Below are positions 14,087-27,250 of a stretch of DNA of 64,000 bases, in pieces. The notes under the pieces are model-generated. The model ran no database searches and was not told where the DNA came from. It saw nothing but the letters and a program-made list of their open reading frames with translations. The translations under genes were made by a program, and so were the position numbers. Every line of letters begins with the position of its first letter. Position 1 is the stretch's first letter. Source of the DNA: Podarcis vaucheri (Eukaryota); NCBI GenBank assembly GCA_965113315.1, contig OZ220365.1; one strand, written 5' to 3'.

Positions 14087-14896
14087 AACATGTTGTTTAC
14101 TATTAGGCTTGTTTGATCTATTTGTTCAGACTGGAAAGCTGTTCCTTGGCATCCCGCTGTGTTTTGTAAACAGCCCCAGCAACAAACAAGGTTTTAAATG
14201 AAATCTGTGTGTAATCAGAAGACTCCTATGCATCTTATCAGTTCTCCTCAAATATCCAGGTACCTTCCTGATCAACTCGTACATTTATCAACTTTACAAT
14301 GAGATATTCCATCAGTTCCTTTCAGGTTCTTTTGTCATAAGGCTGACAGATTACTACAGCCCGACTTTGCACATGAGAAGAACTATTATATGTCCTGTGG
14401 AGGGGACAGGGGATAGGGGATAAACTGAACTCAGTTCACATATATGTAATACACACTTTTCCAAACAAAAGGCAGACTGAAACACAGCCATCCTTTGAAA
14501 TTCACACTTCTCTGAATTTTGCAATGAGTTCTCCAGCCAAGTAATGTGTGCAAAAATTCATGTATTGACTAAAGTAACATACCAAAAAAACATATTAAGG
14601 CAAACTGCTTTGCAAAAAAAAAAAAGTTAATTAGGTGACTCTAATTGTTCAGCCTAGTAATGAAATAATGTTTTCAGGTGACTGAACCACACCGGAAAAT
14701 AGTGACCATCTGAAAGCGCCCTTAGCTCACATGGGAGTAAGTGAAGTCTTTGTGCCCCTCTTTAGATATATGCTTGCTGACCAGGTTCAAAAGACATAGT
14801 AGTTGGGGCAGTGGTGTTGCTAACATTTTCAAATTCTATACATTCATTCATTCATTCAACTGAACTAGCCACTAAGATGCTTTAGATTAGGCACTA

Positions 14897-15251
14897 AAGC
14901 GAAAGGGAAAGAGGACCCCTGACCGTTAGCTCCAGTCGCGGATGACTCTGGGGTTGTAGCACTCATCTCGCTTTATTGGCCAAGGGAGCCGGCGTACAGC
15001 TTTCGGGTCATGTGGCCAGCATGTCTAAGCCACTTCTGGTGAACCAGAACAGCGCATGGAAACGCTGTTTACCTTCCCGCTGGAGCGGTACCTATTTATC
15101 TACTTGCACTTCGTGCTTTCGAACTGCTAGGTTGGCAGGAGCAGGGACTGAGCAACAGGAGCTCACCCTGTAATGGGGATTCGAACCACTGACTTTCTGA
15201 TCAGCAAGTCCTAGGCTCTGTGGTTTAACCCACAGTGCCACCCGCATCCCA
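14897..15251 (-). mobile_element. Sauria SINE, full length
   Basis: Diagnostic body; perfect 13-bp TSD agattaggcacta at 14884-14896 and 15252-15264. Confidence 0.95.
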
Positions 15252-16067
15252 AGATTAGGCACTAGAGCCCTTTTATGCCAAGCCGGCAGCTTTACTTTAA
15301 CTGAGGTTAAGATTTTACTATGTTGCCTTCCTACACAGAAGAAAGGCAACATTTTTTGTTTACAATATTTCCCAAGAATGCACTGGCTTTGGGATTCTCT
15401 CACTTCCTTGACAGTCAGAGGTATACATTTGCTGGATGCAACTTGATTTAGGAAAAGAGCACCCTCTATCTGTAGCACTTTCTGCAGTCCATTCAACCTG
15501 CAACATACTCAGGAAAACACAACCTTTGCTACAGCTCATAACGTACAAACCGAGAATTCCAGAAGAAAATCACAGATTGGGAGAGCCTAGTCGGAAAATA
15601 AATAAAAGGGCTCAGATAAGGTGGTCTCGGCTTGCTTTTAAGAGTTGATCATACCAGCAGCAGAACCCTCCTTGTATGATACATTCTTCATTTCCCTACA
15701 AACCTGCTGCAAAACTGACATTTGTCAGCCAGCAATGTTTGCAATGAAAATGTATTTATAAGCTTTCCAAGCCCATTATAGGCCAAGCATATCTGATTTA
15801 AGATTCGCTAATCTTGTTCAGAATGGCAAAAACTCATTTTCTGCACAGGAAGTTGCTGCACAGTAGCAAAGTCTGCAGGGAAAGTCAGTATTTAAATTGA
15901 TGAGGTAGGTTATGAATTAAATGTTGAGGCTCCGATGCTCTTAGGCGTTCACATGGCGGCTTGTGGGAGTGTGGATTGTGTATGAATTGGCACCTCCAAG
16001 GTGGAGCTGCTGCCAAATTACAGGGTGGTCGTGGGTCCTTTCACAGGTTGTCAGGATGATCAGATCA

Positions 16068-16210
16068 GGGATGGATGGATCTGCCCATTTTGGTTTCTTT
16101 CCATTTCTCATTTTCCAAATATTAAATTCAGTTTGCCACATTTCTGAATCAGGTTGCTTTTTTTTTCTTTATGTGTTCATGAAAATTCATCGCAACACGC
16201 CTATCCTCTT
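16068..16210 (+). repeat. Unclassified squamate interspersed repeat
   Basis: Related to 6300-6490 (inverted) and loosely to 14420-14640. Confidence 0.4.
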
Positions 16211-16923
16211 TTGGCAGTACCAGTTCGTGCAACCGGCTCTGTCATGCAATCCCAGCTGGTTGCAAGCATTGCATTATGCAACAGTGGCTTTTTGATCCCT
16301 ATACCAACATGTCATGCTAAATTTTAAATGGTGGGAAATAACTGTATGCCAGAATAGTGTCCCAAATTTCAGCACATGGAATTGCAATGCAAAATTTCTA
16401 CAATTTCCCATGTTAATGGGTTTGCAAATGGACTATTTTTCTGGAAATAATTAAAACAGAAATGAATGCTAGCCTTTCACTAGATTCTACTAGATTTCCG
16501 GAAGTGGCTTTTACAAGGTGTAAGACTTTCACATAAAACACAAAAATACTCAGGTAAAGAGACAGCAGGAAAACAGAATAAAGTGCTGTCTGGATGCAGC
16601 CTAAGTCTACAAATTATCATGAATGAGTACAGCCACAAGGCAACAGAAGTTTAGGATCAGAGTTTCCTTCTCCTAGATGGTCTACCTTCCCCTGTCATGG
16701 TACATAATGACTGCATAGTGTATGAATTTGGGGAATGCATGCTAGAGCATATTCCTGGTTCCAGTTTTTTGCAGATTCTTGAGCAAAATACTCTCAAGAG
16801 CCATCTCCCTGAGTTGCCCCTCTTCCTTCCTACTATTGCCATGCCCTCTTTGCTTGCTTCCCACTCTGGGCCCATTCAGCACCAGCACATGGAGCTAGAG
16901 GACAAGGCATGCAAAACCTACTA

Positions 16924-17149
16924 CAGTGGTACCTTGGGTTACATACGCTTCAGGTTACAGACTCCGCTAACCCAGAATTAGTACCTCTGGTTAAGAACTT
17001 TGCTTCAGGATGAGAACAGAAATCGTGCTCCGGTGGCACGGCGGCAGCAGGAGGCCCCATTAGCTAAAGTGGTGCTTCAGGGTAAGAACAGTTTCAGGTT
17101 AAGAACGGACCTCTGGAACGAATTAAGTACTTAACCCGAGGTACCACTG
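16924..17149. mobile_element. Tc1/mariner-superfamily (Tigger/pogo-like) MITE, 226 bp
   Basis: TIRs cagtggtaccttgggtta / taacccgaggtaccactg; TA on both sides; same family as 50397-50638. Confidence 0.92.
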
Positions 17150-19237
17150 TACTCCTTCTCCTTACTGCCTTTTCAGAGAGGGCAGGTGAACAAGAAGCAA
17201 TAGCAAGGAGGATGAGGGGCAGAGGAGACCCTGGAAATGGGCAGTACTGACCACAGCAGATGCCCAGCAACACGAACTCTGGCACCAGTCCCACTACGAA
17301 TGTGGAATTGCATAACTCTTACTACTACCAGGAGCTATGCTGCTGCTTAGCATTGTACTTAGCCTCCTCCAGGGTTACACTGGGGGCATGATCATAGGAT
17401 GCATCATCTTTTGTGGGCCTCAAGAAATTGGGGGTGAGCAATCTCTTTGTACCTTCAGTTCAACAGCTTGCTTGTGGAGAAAGGCGACAGCGCCAAGAGA
17501 GTTGTGGCTGCCTGCTTTTCTGCTGTTGCAAAGTCACCGCTGGCCGCGCCGTCCTTTTCTTTTACCCTGCTGACTCCCAGTGCCTTAGAGCAGGTGAGAA
17601 CACCAGAATCAATCTGTAATTATAAGAAAATTTACACTTTCCCCAGGAGTTAATATACTTTATTCTAGGCAGTTTTATGGGAGGCAGCAAAGCTTATCCT
17701 GAAGCTGATGGTCATAACAATGAAATAATAGTATAATTTTTCCTGCTCGAAATATGGCTTTTAAGAAAATTACATTAAGAGAAAGAGCTGCTCTAGGACC
17801 TCATAAGGAAGGTACTTAAAGAGCCATTATCTGTGGAATTCTGGGGAAGTGTCAGGTTCATTTACTATTTGAACTGTATAAAATTCCAAAATATCTTTCT
17901 TTTGAGCTATTGCCCACCCTCTTCCACATGGGGTTAGTGAAACATTATTTCATTTTCACTGTTCTTAGGAGACATATTTTGTTTGGGAGATGGCAGCTTC
18001 AGAACGCAGACTGCTATAGGCTCATTCAGGCAGAGTGCCTTGGCATCGCTGGAGTTAAAGCACTTTCCATAAATGCATCCTGGCATCTACATAAATAAAC
18101 ACATTAGTTTTCCAAAGGCTTCTGTTTTCATCACAAAGGGAAAACTTCACATTCAAATGAATATATATATATACATATACATATATATGCACTATTATAA
18201 GCATAATTGGAGCGTACAGTGCAATTATAAATTGAAATTTTTGCTCCCATAGCTGTGTGCCCAACTAAGCAGCCAATTTCACATGGAAAATACCAGCATG
18301 ATGAGTCTTTAAAAATAATAATAATAATAATAGTTCATAATAAGGTAAACCAAGAGGTTCGGGACTTGATATTCAAAATGACTGAAAATCTGCTAGGCAG
18401 TGTATATTGCACTTCAATTTCCGTGGATTTATCAGGACAGGAAAGGAAGCTACAGACACACCAGATTAGTCACTGTCCCAAGGGAATTTCTATTCCCACC
18501 TATAGCATTTTCATAAAATGTGTACCATATTAAGCTCATCCATTTCGCCAAGGTGCTGAGTAAGTAGAACAGGGTGCTGTGGTTGCTTAGCAACATGCTT
18601 TTCCTTCTTCCTTAACATAGGGGGTGTCTGAGGTGGGGCTGCTTATTTGAAACTGACATTAGCAACTCTGAGAGCACGCAGCCTCTGGTTGCTTGGGATC
18701 CCTTGAAGAACTAGTGCTGTGTTGGCAAGCATCTTCTACAAATACATATTGATCTCTTCTTCAGCTGGCCTCTTTTGAGTGAGCAAAATATACCTATATT
18801 GTCCATGCTATTTGTCTCTTGCACAGAAGCAAGCACCACCCTGTCTCTGAAATATGTTGCCCCAATTCACTGATTAAGTTACCAGCACCAGCTAAGTCAA
18901 CCAGGTCCTTCCATTGTCTTCCACAGGGCTAAATGTCATATCTCTACAGGTATTTGCTGATGAGAGGTGGAAGTGCTTATGTGAAAGCCATTTTCTGTGT
19001 TGGAGTGAATTTTGAGTTTGAATTTCACACAAGTGGCTTTATGCTTGAAAACTGGGCAAGCTGCTGAAGACTTTACTATGTCAAAGACAACTGTGTAATT
19101 CAGTTGGGTTATTGGATTTTGGCCTAGCAAATGATCACAAATGTCTTTACAATATTGATATTTGTCTAACTGCAAGGTGCTAGATGCTGAGACATGAGCA
19201 CCATCTGCACTAGACATCAGAAGCAGCATCATATCAC

Positions 19238-19400
19238 TTTAAATAGTTGCAGCTTCCTCCAAAGAATCCTGGGAACTGTAGTTTATTAAGGATGCTGGGA
19301 GTTCTCAGAAGAACCCCAATTCCCTCGCAGAACAACAGTTCCTAGAGTGGTTTAACAATGAATTTCTCTTCCCAGAGAACTCTGGAAATTATAGTTCTAC
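19238..19400. mobile_element. Palindromic MITE family A
   Basis: aagaatcctgggaactgtagtttattaaggatgctggga motif. Confidence 0.6.
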
Positions 19401-19421
19401 CAAATATGGACACCACCCTGC

Positions 19422-19882
19422 CCTAGATGGTTTTGGCCCAAGCTACTTGAAGAATGGTGTGCTGTCATGTCAACCTGCCCATTCCACGAGATCAACATCA
19501 GAAGCTTGGCTTAGGTGTCCACTTGTTAAGATTGCTGACCACCTGTAATAAAGTCTTCTCTGCTGTGGCACCTCTCTTGTGGAACTCTGTCCCTTTCAGA
19601 GTGTGACAGGCCTCATCTCTTGCAATGTTTAAGAGGGGATGGAAGACCCAGCTCCTCTCAGTGGCTTTTAGTGGGTAACATATCTGGAGAAACTGATTTT
19701 GTGTGGCTCTGGGTTTTAATGTTGCTTTGCTGTTTTATTCATTTGATTAATTTATGGAATAAAAGTTTCTTCTCCATCTGTCTTTTATGCATCATAATGC
19801 TTGTTTAAAAAATTAAACACAGTGTAAACTGCTTTGTAAAGAAGATTTCTGAAAAAGTAGGCATAAGTTTATTAAATAAATA
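19422..19882 (+). mobile_element. Old L2 LINE 3' fragment
   Basis: ggcccaagctacttgaag...ttctctgctgtggcacctctcttgtggaactc (FSAVAPLLWNS), AT-rich UTR and taaataaa tail. Confidence 0.65.
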
Positions 19883-22800
19883 ATGAACAGTGGGAGAAGG
19901 CTTTTGTCCTGTTTGTTGGCTACTGTGGGCATCAGATGCTGTATTGTGTAGGCTTTTGGACTGACCCCCACGGGGCTCTTTTTACAATCTTTGGGATGTT
20001 TCAACATAAAGAAAGTTACCTTGATTCAGAGAACTGGGATTCATGACCTTCCTATTGATTTTATGGTTCTAATGTAAGCCATCTATCTTTGAGAAAGTAA
20101 CATCTTATTTCATTAAGGGGAGGTAAAATTGCATCATCTTTGAAGACAAGCCTTCTGGTTACGACCCATACTTAGTTTCATCTGTGTTTGCATTCAAAGC
20201 AGTAAAATCTGAAACAAAAACACAGAGGAAAAATGCTCTGGAAAACTTTTTTTTAACACCTTAAAATCTGACTTCATCATCTGAGACAGCAGTAAACACA
20301 TTTTTTATGGAAGGTTTCGAAGGCTATGAAAGAGAAGGACATAAAGTGCCCTAATAGATTTTGAGCAGAAATCCAACCTTTATTGGGGAACTTTAGTGTC
20401 CTCAATAACGACTTGTCATTTGTCTCATTAAGCTTGCCTAGAGATTTGTTCTGCCGGACAACATCTGCGGCCTTCTGGTTCATGGAAAATGGAAAAAAGT
20501 TACATGACTTGTCATGGCAATGCGATTGAGTGAATCAGTAATACTCTAAACTGCATTTCACAGGCCAGTGGCCTACAGCAGGCATCACTGACATGGCATC
20601 AACAGGCACACATGAGAATACAGAGGCCTCCCTGCCGCCCCCAGTTTCCTCTCCCCACCACACCCTCCAGATGAACTTCAAAGTGAAAACAGTATTCAGC
20701 TGTAGCCCATGGAACAGGCTGCAGTGTGTGCTTCATTGTGAGGGGTGTGTGGTGCCCACAACAGTTTCTCTAGTTTTCCTATGTGCGCACAGGGCCCAAA
20801 AGATTTGTGAACCTTGTCTGACAGAAGTCACTTCCAAAATGGAAGTGTGCCACGTCACCTATGCTCTGCATAGTGCCTAGAGCATGGCAGTGTTCCACAG
20901 CAGTCCCCTTCACAAAGCCTGAATGCATATCAGAGTTAAGGCAAGACAACTTCTTGAGGAAGCGAAAGAGCAAAGACGTCCTTATTGCAAATTTAGTACT
21001 CCATTTAGGTGGAGAATATTGAAGTATAATGCAGTGCATAAGACATAATGTGCCATATGGTATAGTGCAGCCTTGAAGAATTCCCATATGCTCACCCTCC
21101 TAGTCCTAACAAAGGCATCCCATGTGTTTGCAATAAGCTGGAATTAACTTTTTAAGTTCTTCCCATCCTCTTTTTCTTTTCTTTTCTTTTCTTTCCTTTT
21201 TAAAGAAGCCTCAGAAATCAAAATAAGATGAGAGAGAAAATGAATACAATAATGGATGAACTTTAAAGAAATAAATTTCAAGTCGTTTGAATCTATAATT
21301 TCACAACAGGATAGGTTTGTTGTATCTGATTCTTTAAAAGGAGGAAAAAGCCCATCTTCACTTAAATGCACTAACTATTCTATGGTTGGTTAAAAGCCAT
21401 TTTTGCAGTCGCAGATGGTGTCAGCTGTGATAAGACCTCCTGCAACAGAGATCAATAAAGCTTACTTTAATAGCACTTTTTTTCTTACCCGAGAACCTCC
21501 AAAATTATTTTGCGCCACAATGATCGCTATTGGGTGGGAAATAAAAGGAAGCTGAAATCTATCAAAGTTTTCTTAGCAAGGAGGATTAGTTCAGAACGAC
21601 ACAGCATGATAGCTAAAGTTCTCTATCAGCACAAGACTGGTGTGCAGAGAAAGACTCTGATAGTGATGTGGGTTTTTTTTTTCCTTTTTTCATTTCAGGG
21701 GCAAGAGACCTTGATTCTTTTAATGAAGAAACAAAGGAACAAAAAAATAGATACACACTGTTTTCAAGTGCCCATGGGCATTCAGTTCAGAAGGAACCAG
21801 TAATTTAACAAAAGTTTTCTCCTTGGGAGCCTTACAGCTGAATAGTAAGGCTATAAATTCATCCTGCTTTTTTTTCAAGTAAAAAGAGCAATGTTTTAAA
21901 GGGCATGAGTCTAAAGGTACATACTAAAGGTATGAGTGGTACTTTTGACTTAGGTGAGCCAGGAACACACTCATTGTGAGGACATGCAAAGAAGCCAGAA
22001 CCAAAGGACAAGCCAGGAAGCAGGTGTAAGGAGTAAGCCACGAGTCAGAGTCAAATAATAACCAATGAAGTGCCCTGAGACAGTGGCCTCACCCTGCCTA
22101 ATGGCTGGGACAGCTCTGTTCCTACCCACCAGCTCTGACCTGCAGAACTGCATTTTTGTATGGCCACAGCAAACATGGAATAATATAAAATGCCATTGTT
22201 AGAAGTAGATGTTTCAGAACAGAGTATTAGTTTCACAAGGTGATCAGATCTCTGTAATACTATCCCAGGTTGTTTTTCCAGCAGCATAGGGGAAGTTCTA
22301 AATCACCTGTCGTATCTACAAAAGTGTATAAGAGCTCCAATTCTGAAAATGGGAGTTTAGTGAGGATGCTAAGAATTCCCAGCATTCCCAAGTTGCCTTC
22401 ACAGAACTACAGTTCCCAGGTTTCTCAGAGCAGAGGAAGTAATTGTTAAAGCAGTTTGCCAGGTGCAGCTATGGCAGCTGTATAGCAAATGTGAAGGGGG
22501 AAATAACAGTTGTTTTCATTTTTTTTTTCATTGTTTTAATTATTTAAGTCATAGTTCTCTTTCATAAAGATCTGTTACTGGCCACAATCCCGTGATAACA
22601 CTTTCTGAGCAAGCACTTGCACAAGAGATGCTGTTTCATACACACCACCCATTCATTTCAATGGGACCTTCATGAGAGAAGGTCCTGGTGAAATGTGTCC
22701 TTTAATTATTTTTGCATTTTGTAAGCAGATGGTCCAGCTCAAGACACCATGCTTCCCCCTAAGGAAATCTTCTGAACTTTCCATTATTTCCACTAGCATA

Positions 22801-23274
22801 CAGTACAAATTAAAACCCTAAAAGCCAAAAGCATCGGACAGAAGAGACGTTGTCTAGGAGATTCTGAACATATTAAATGCCACTTATAAAAAGCAAAGCT
22901 ATGTTCAAATGTCTATTTACCTCCTGCTGCTTAACCATATTAAAGATTAAAGGCAATCATTTTGCAACCTGAAAACTTTATAGTACCATCTTGAGAAGAG
23001 CGTGTCAGCATTCTAGATATGGTAGCTACAAAATCGTTGTTGCTGTGGATTGCTAACTTGCGTCATTTACCTAAACTGAGTGATTGCCACTGTAACACAG
23101 TGAAACAGAAAGACCTCTAGACAGATATGGGGAGCCATTTTCAATCTGAAGACCACGTTCCCTTGAGGACAACTTTCCTGCAACCACCAGTGGGGGGTGG
23201 GGGCCAGAGGTAAAAGAAAGAGGAGCAACGGATATGATTCTTTTTACATTCCACCCATGCAAAAGTTAGAGGTT

Positions 23275-23278
<4 letters not shown>

Positions 23279-23307
<29 letters not shown>
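23279..23307. repeat. (CA)n microsatellite
   Basis: Directly visible. Confidence 0.95.
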
Positions 23308-23310
<3 letters not shown>

Positions 23311-24246
23311 TCAGCATCCTCCATCAAGGCAAGCAAGACTCACATTCACAACTCAAGGACATAATGCCAGCCAGGCCAGAGTTCTTAAGGAGGGTGCTAA
23401 GGAGGGCTGGTCTGGGGAAAGGAAGTGTGACTAGTGAAGTGGGACGTGGCTTGGGAAAAGTACCAAGGACTGGATAGAAATTTCTAGAGGGGTGCATCCA
23501 GCCACACCCCACCCCAAGGTTTCCCACCCTCTGCTTTAGCTTGGGGTCTTTGCTTTGGCTCTGCATCCTTTTGACTCATTTATAAAATTGAGTCTCTCTG
23601 CCTTAAAATGCCTAAGTCTTTGGGGAACTTCAGAATGATGAAGAGGGAATATCTTTAGAGCTTTTGTGTGTTTCAGAGCTTGCATTAACATGCTTTCAAT
23701 AACCTTTGGAATACACTTAGTGGCTGAGAAAGATACAGTGAAACTGGGGACATATTCATTCTGGTAATTGAGAAAGCTTATTCCAATGGAAGTGAATAAA
23801 TGCATAGCACACTTTGCCATTTATTGGAATATTCCTCCAAATGTTTCTTCTTAAAATATGTGCATAGACCATGGGTTATCTCTTTCTGATAAAACTCCTT
23901 TAGATTATTCTATGAAGAATTTAAAAACTTTTCTTCGTCATTTCAATATTCTACCTACTTAAAGGACATCTTCTGCTCAAAATCTTTTTTTTTTTAAGGG
24001 AGAAGGTTGCATTTTATTTTGATATATTGAACTGGTAAATACAAATCACTATCTGTCAGGGCAATACAAACAGGCTCACATAATATATTTGCTTTTGTAG
24101 TCATCTTAACTATAAACCTTGCCTAAATGTGAAAAGCTGTGCTTTTCAGACTAAGTTTTCACTTTGGAGTATGTATTGAACCACACTTCACCCAGTCTCT
24201 GTTGGGTTTTTTCTTTTTTAAAAATCCATTCAAAATTTTCTACATA

Positions 24247-24305
24247 CAGTGGTACCTCGGTTTACGAACTTAATCCATTCTGGAAGTCTGTTTTTAAACC
24301 GGGGC
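24247..24305. mobile_element. Truncated Tigger-like MITE (single end)
   Basis: ta + cagtggtacctcggtttacgaacttaatccattctggaag; no partner TIR seen. Confidence 0.7.
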
Positions 24306-25377
24306 CTCTGAGGGAATATTGAATAAAAATGTTTCCATCCACCCTTTCCAAATCTTAGCTTTCCTCTTAAGCCTGTACTGCTGTCTACCACATGATCCAC
24401 AAATATGTGGGGTCACGGATGGCAACTTCTAGACTGTAACATCATCATACAGAAATTAAATCAGAATACCCCATACAAGTAGAAAAGGGGGGAAGGCATT
24501 TTAAATATGAAAATGCTTGTCTAGGTCACATTTTATGATTTATTAGCATTAAAGGAAGCTTGGCAGAAATGTTTGACACAGCATATCAGGCCAATTTTTG
24601 CCGCCTCCTCAAACATCCATCTTTAGGACAATTAATTGCAAATTTGCTGTGCTGATAGATGTACACATCATAGTTGCCAGATGTTTTTAGGCTCCATGTA
24701 ATTGTTGTGTCCCCTTACACCCCTTAGCTCTTCTCGCAGCAATTGTTCTACATGTATTGCCAGTCACCCTCTATGGTCATTTGCACAAATGATGCTGTAA
24801 TCTTTGCATTTCTCATGTCTGCAATTTAAATTCTAAAAGCTGCCTTGCACATTCAACTGGGTCTTTTAAGCTTCTCTACAACACTAACAACATCCGTAAA
24901 GTAACAGATTTCAATTTAACATATTACTGCTATCACCTATGAAATGCTCGATGCAGTCAGTTTCACCATGTTCAGGAAACTATCTGCTGATGTGCATGGC
25001 CAGGTCACTAAGTGGATGCTACTTTACATTCTTCTACACCAAATAATCCAGGTGCTTTTATTTTATTCACAGAAAAAAACCAGTAAGTTACAGAAGTGTT
25101 TTATTTTTTATTTCTTATTGATTGAGAGGTTTTTAAACCATCCTTTCCATTTCATTAGAAATCTCCAAGGTGGATAACATCAATAAGAATCAAACCAGTA
25201 AGCATCATTAGGTGTGGCTGGTACAATTAATTATGATGTACAGGAAGAAATATCATGTACTATTCTGAACCTATGCGCTGCTACCAGAAATAATGCTTTT
25301 GATTCAGCCAAATGATTTATGTTGTACTAACCCAGAACAATAAATCATTCAAAATGGCTCAAACTGTTGCTTACATT

Positions 25378-25518
25378 AGGAGTAAGGAACCTGTAACTCT
25401 AGGTTGTTGTTGTTTTTTACTCCAGCTCCCATCAATCCCAATTAGCATGGCCAATGGTCATGGGTGATGGGAGTTGTAGTCCAGCAACATTTGGAGAGCC
25501 ACAGTTTCCCTTCCCAAG
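25378..25518. mobile_element. Palindromic MITE family B (ctcccatc...tggcca...gatgggagttgtagtcc), probably hAT
   Basis: Near-palindromic 140 bp; related copies near 5950, 10175, 27092, 30448, 43522, 44958, 48514 and 61722. Confidence 0.65.
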
Positions 25519-27091
25519 ATTTAAAGTATAGTTCTATGCCAGGATAGCCAGCTTTTCAACATTGTAGAACCTGTAACTTTAACTGCTGGCTATAACAGGG
25601 ATTCTGGCAAAGTGCTATAGAGTTTGAAAAGTCAGACTTGCTAAAATTCTGTTTACCTATGAAACAATAGACTACATTTTCTTTTTCATAGTTAAATAGG
25701 TATATCCTGTGGTAGTGCCCCATCAATCTTAAACTAATGTAAAATTAATGCAAATCAAATTCAGAATGTGAAAACAAAAAATATATGAAAAATTCAAATA
25801 TCATCAGATTTTGCATTAGCATAATTTTACAACACGACATCTGAATTTTTAGGGCTCAAAACTAGAGCCATATTTAGAACTGACAAACAATTTTTCATTA
25901 TTCAATTGTTTCTGGACGTAATTGAGTGCCAAGGCCCACTGATTATATTTTTTTAATTAATGATGGAAGTCCTTGTTTGCAGAAAGGTCTAAAGAAAATG
26001 GGTCAAAAAATCTGGTTCTAATTATTAGCACTAAACCCCACGTATGATACTAAAACTGCAGTATAGCCTCTGAAGAAAAACTGGGTGTCTCTTTTGATAA
26101 GGAACTTTGCATATTTTTCACCAGAATACAGTAGCTTGAATCCAAAGTTAGTTAACATAAGGAGATGGCCAGTCCGAGACACTGGCTTCATGAGTGCCTT
26201 CTTTTTAATAAATAGCTTTACAAACGAAAGAGTTGAGCAATATACCAAAAGATAACTCTGCTTTTGATTCAGACATTATGCTGCAGGTTCATTATATTAA
26301 TGCATTAATGCATTCACTCACAGGTTTGGGGGGTGGAATGTACAGAGCGAAATGAGCATGGTGATAATGATGATGATGATGATGATTTGCACTCACTTTT
26401 CTTCAGAACCTTTGAACAAAATGGAAGTGAGGAGCCTTCAATGTCAATAAACATGCACTCGCTGTGCTATGAGCCCCATGTCAGTACCCTGGAAGCCTTG
26501 ATGTTTATTTGTCAAACAATCAAACATTGGTTTGAGATTCACATATGTTTAAAAATATTCAAACGTAATTACTCAGAAAACTGTTTAAGAGGAAGTGGGG
26601 TTCCCTCCAGAGCTCCAGGGATTGCATCCTGGTTCATACTCTATAGTCAGGTTAAAAAGCATTGATGTCTCGCTAACAAAAATATCAATGATCACCAGAT
26701 GTTTGGAAGTCAATCCTTGACACTCTAGAAAGGTTCTATGACAGGGAAGGATTTCTGGGAGAAATCTTCACCATTCAGCAGCAGCAGCAACAAAAGGATA
26801 TAGATACAGACACAGAGATCAAGGTATCATCAAGGTTACTCCTTGCAACTGACAAGAAATATCTCATTAAACAGAAGAAAGAGTTCCCAGGAGCAACAGG
26901 CAACCCCAGGGAGGAAAAGACAAAAAAAGGAAGACAACGCAATGCTTTCCTCAAATGTCAAAGCTCTTCTGAAAAAGAAGATAGAACTGAAGCAGCTGGG
27001 ACTATTTCAACAAACTTTGAAGCCAACCTTCAAGATGAATTAGCCTCAAGTAGGAATTATAGTGGCATGTTTGCTTAGAGAGCTTTAATAT

Positions 27092-27250
27092 TGGTGCTCT
27101 TCAGACGTTGCTTAGTTATTATTTCCAACATGGTGCTCTTCAGACGTTGCTGAGTTATTATTTCCATCGGCCTCAGCCAACATGGCCAGGTACAATGGGA
27201 GTTGTAGTCCAACAATATATGGAGGCTACTGTATGGGCTACCGCTGGTGT
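27092..27250. mobile_element. MITE family B copy carrying a 39-bp tandem duplication
   Basis: tggtgctcttcagacgttgctKagttattatttcca at 27092 and 27131, followed by catggccagg...gggagttgtagtcc. Confidence 0.7.

Noticed and set aside
15901-15914. tgaggtag let-7-like start
   Set aside because: Diverges after 8 nt and has no hairpin.
16875-16895. ttcagcacc, REST RE1 left half-site
   Set aside because: The right half ggacagcgcc is absent at the canonical spacing.
20161-20181. acgacccatacttagtttcat resembles mature miR-551 as I recall it (about 18/21)
   Set aside because: No complementary 5' arm at hairpin distance; such a match is plausible by chance across all miRNA families.
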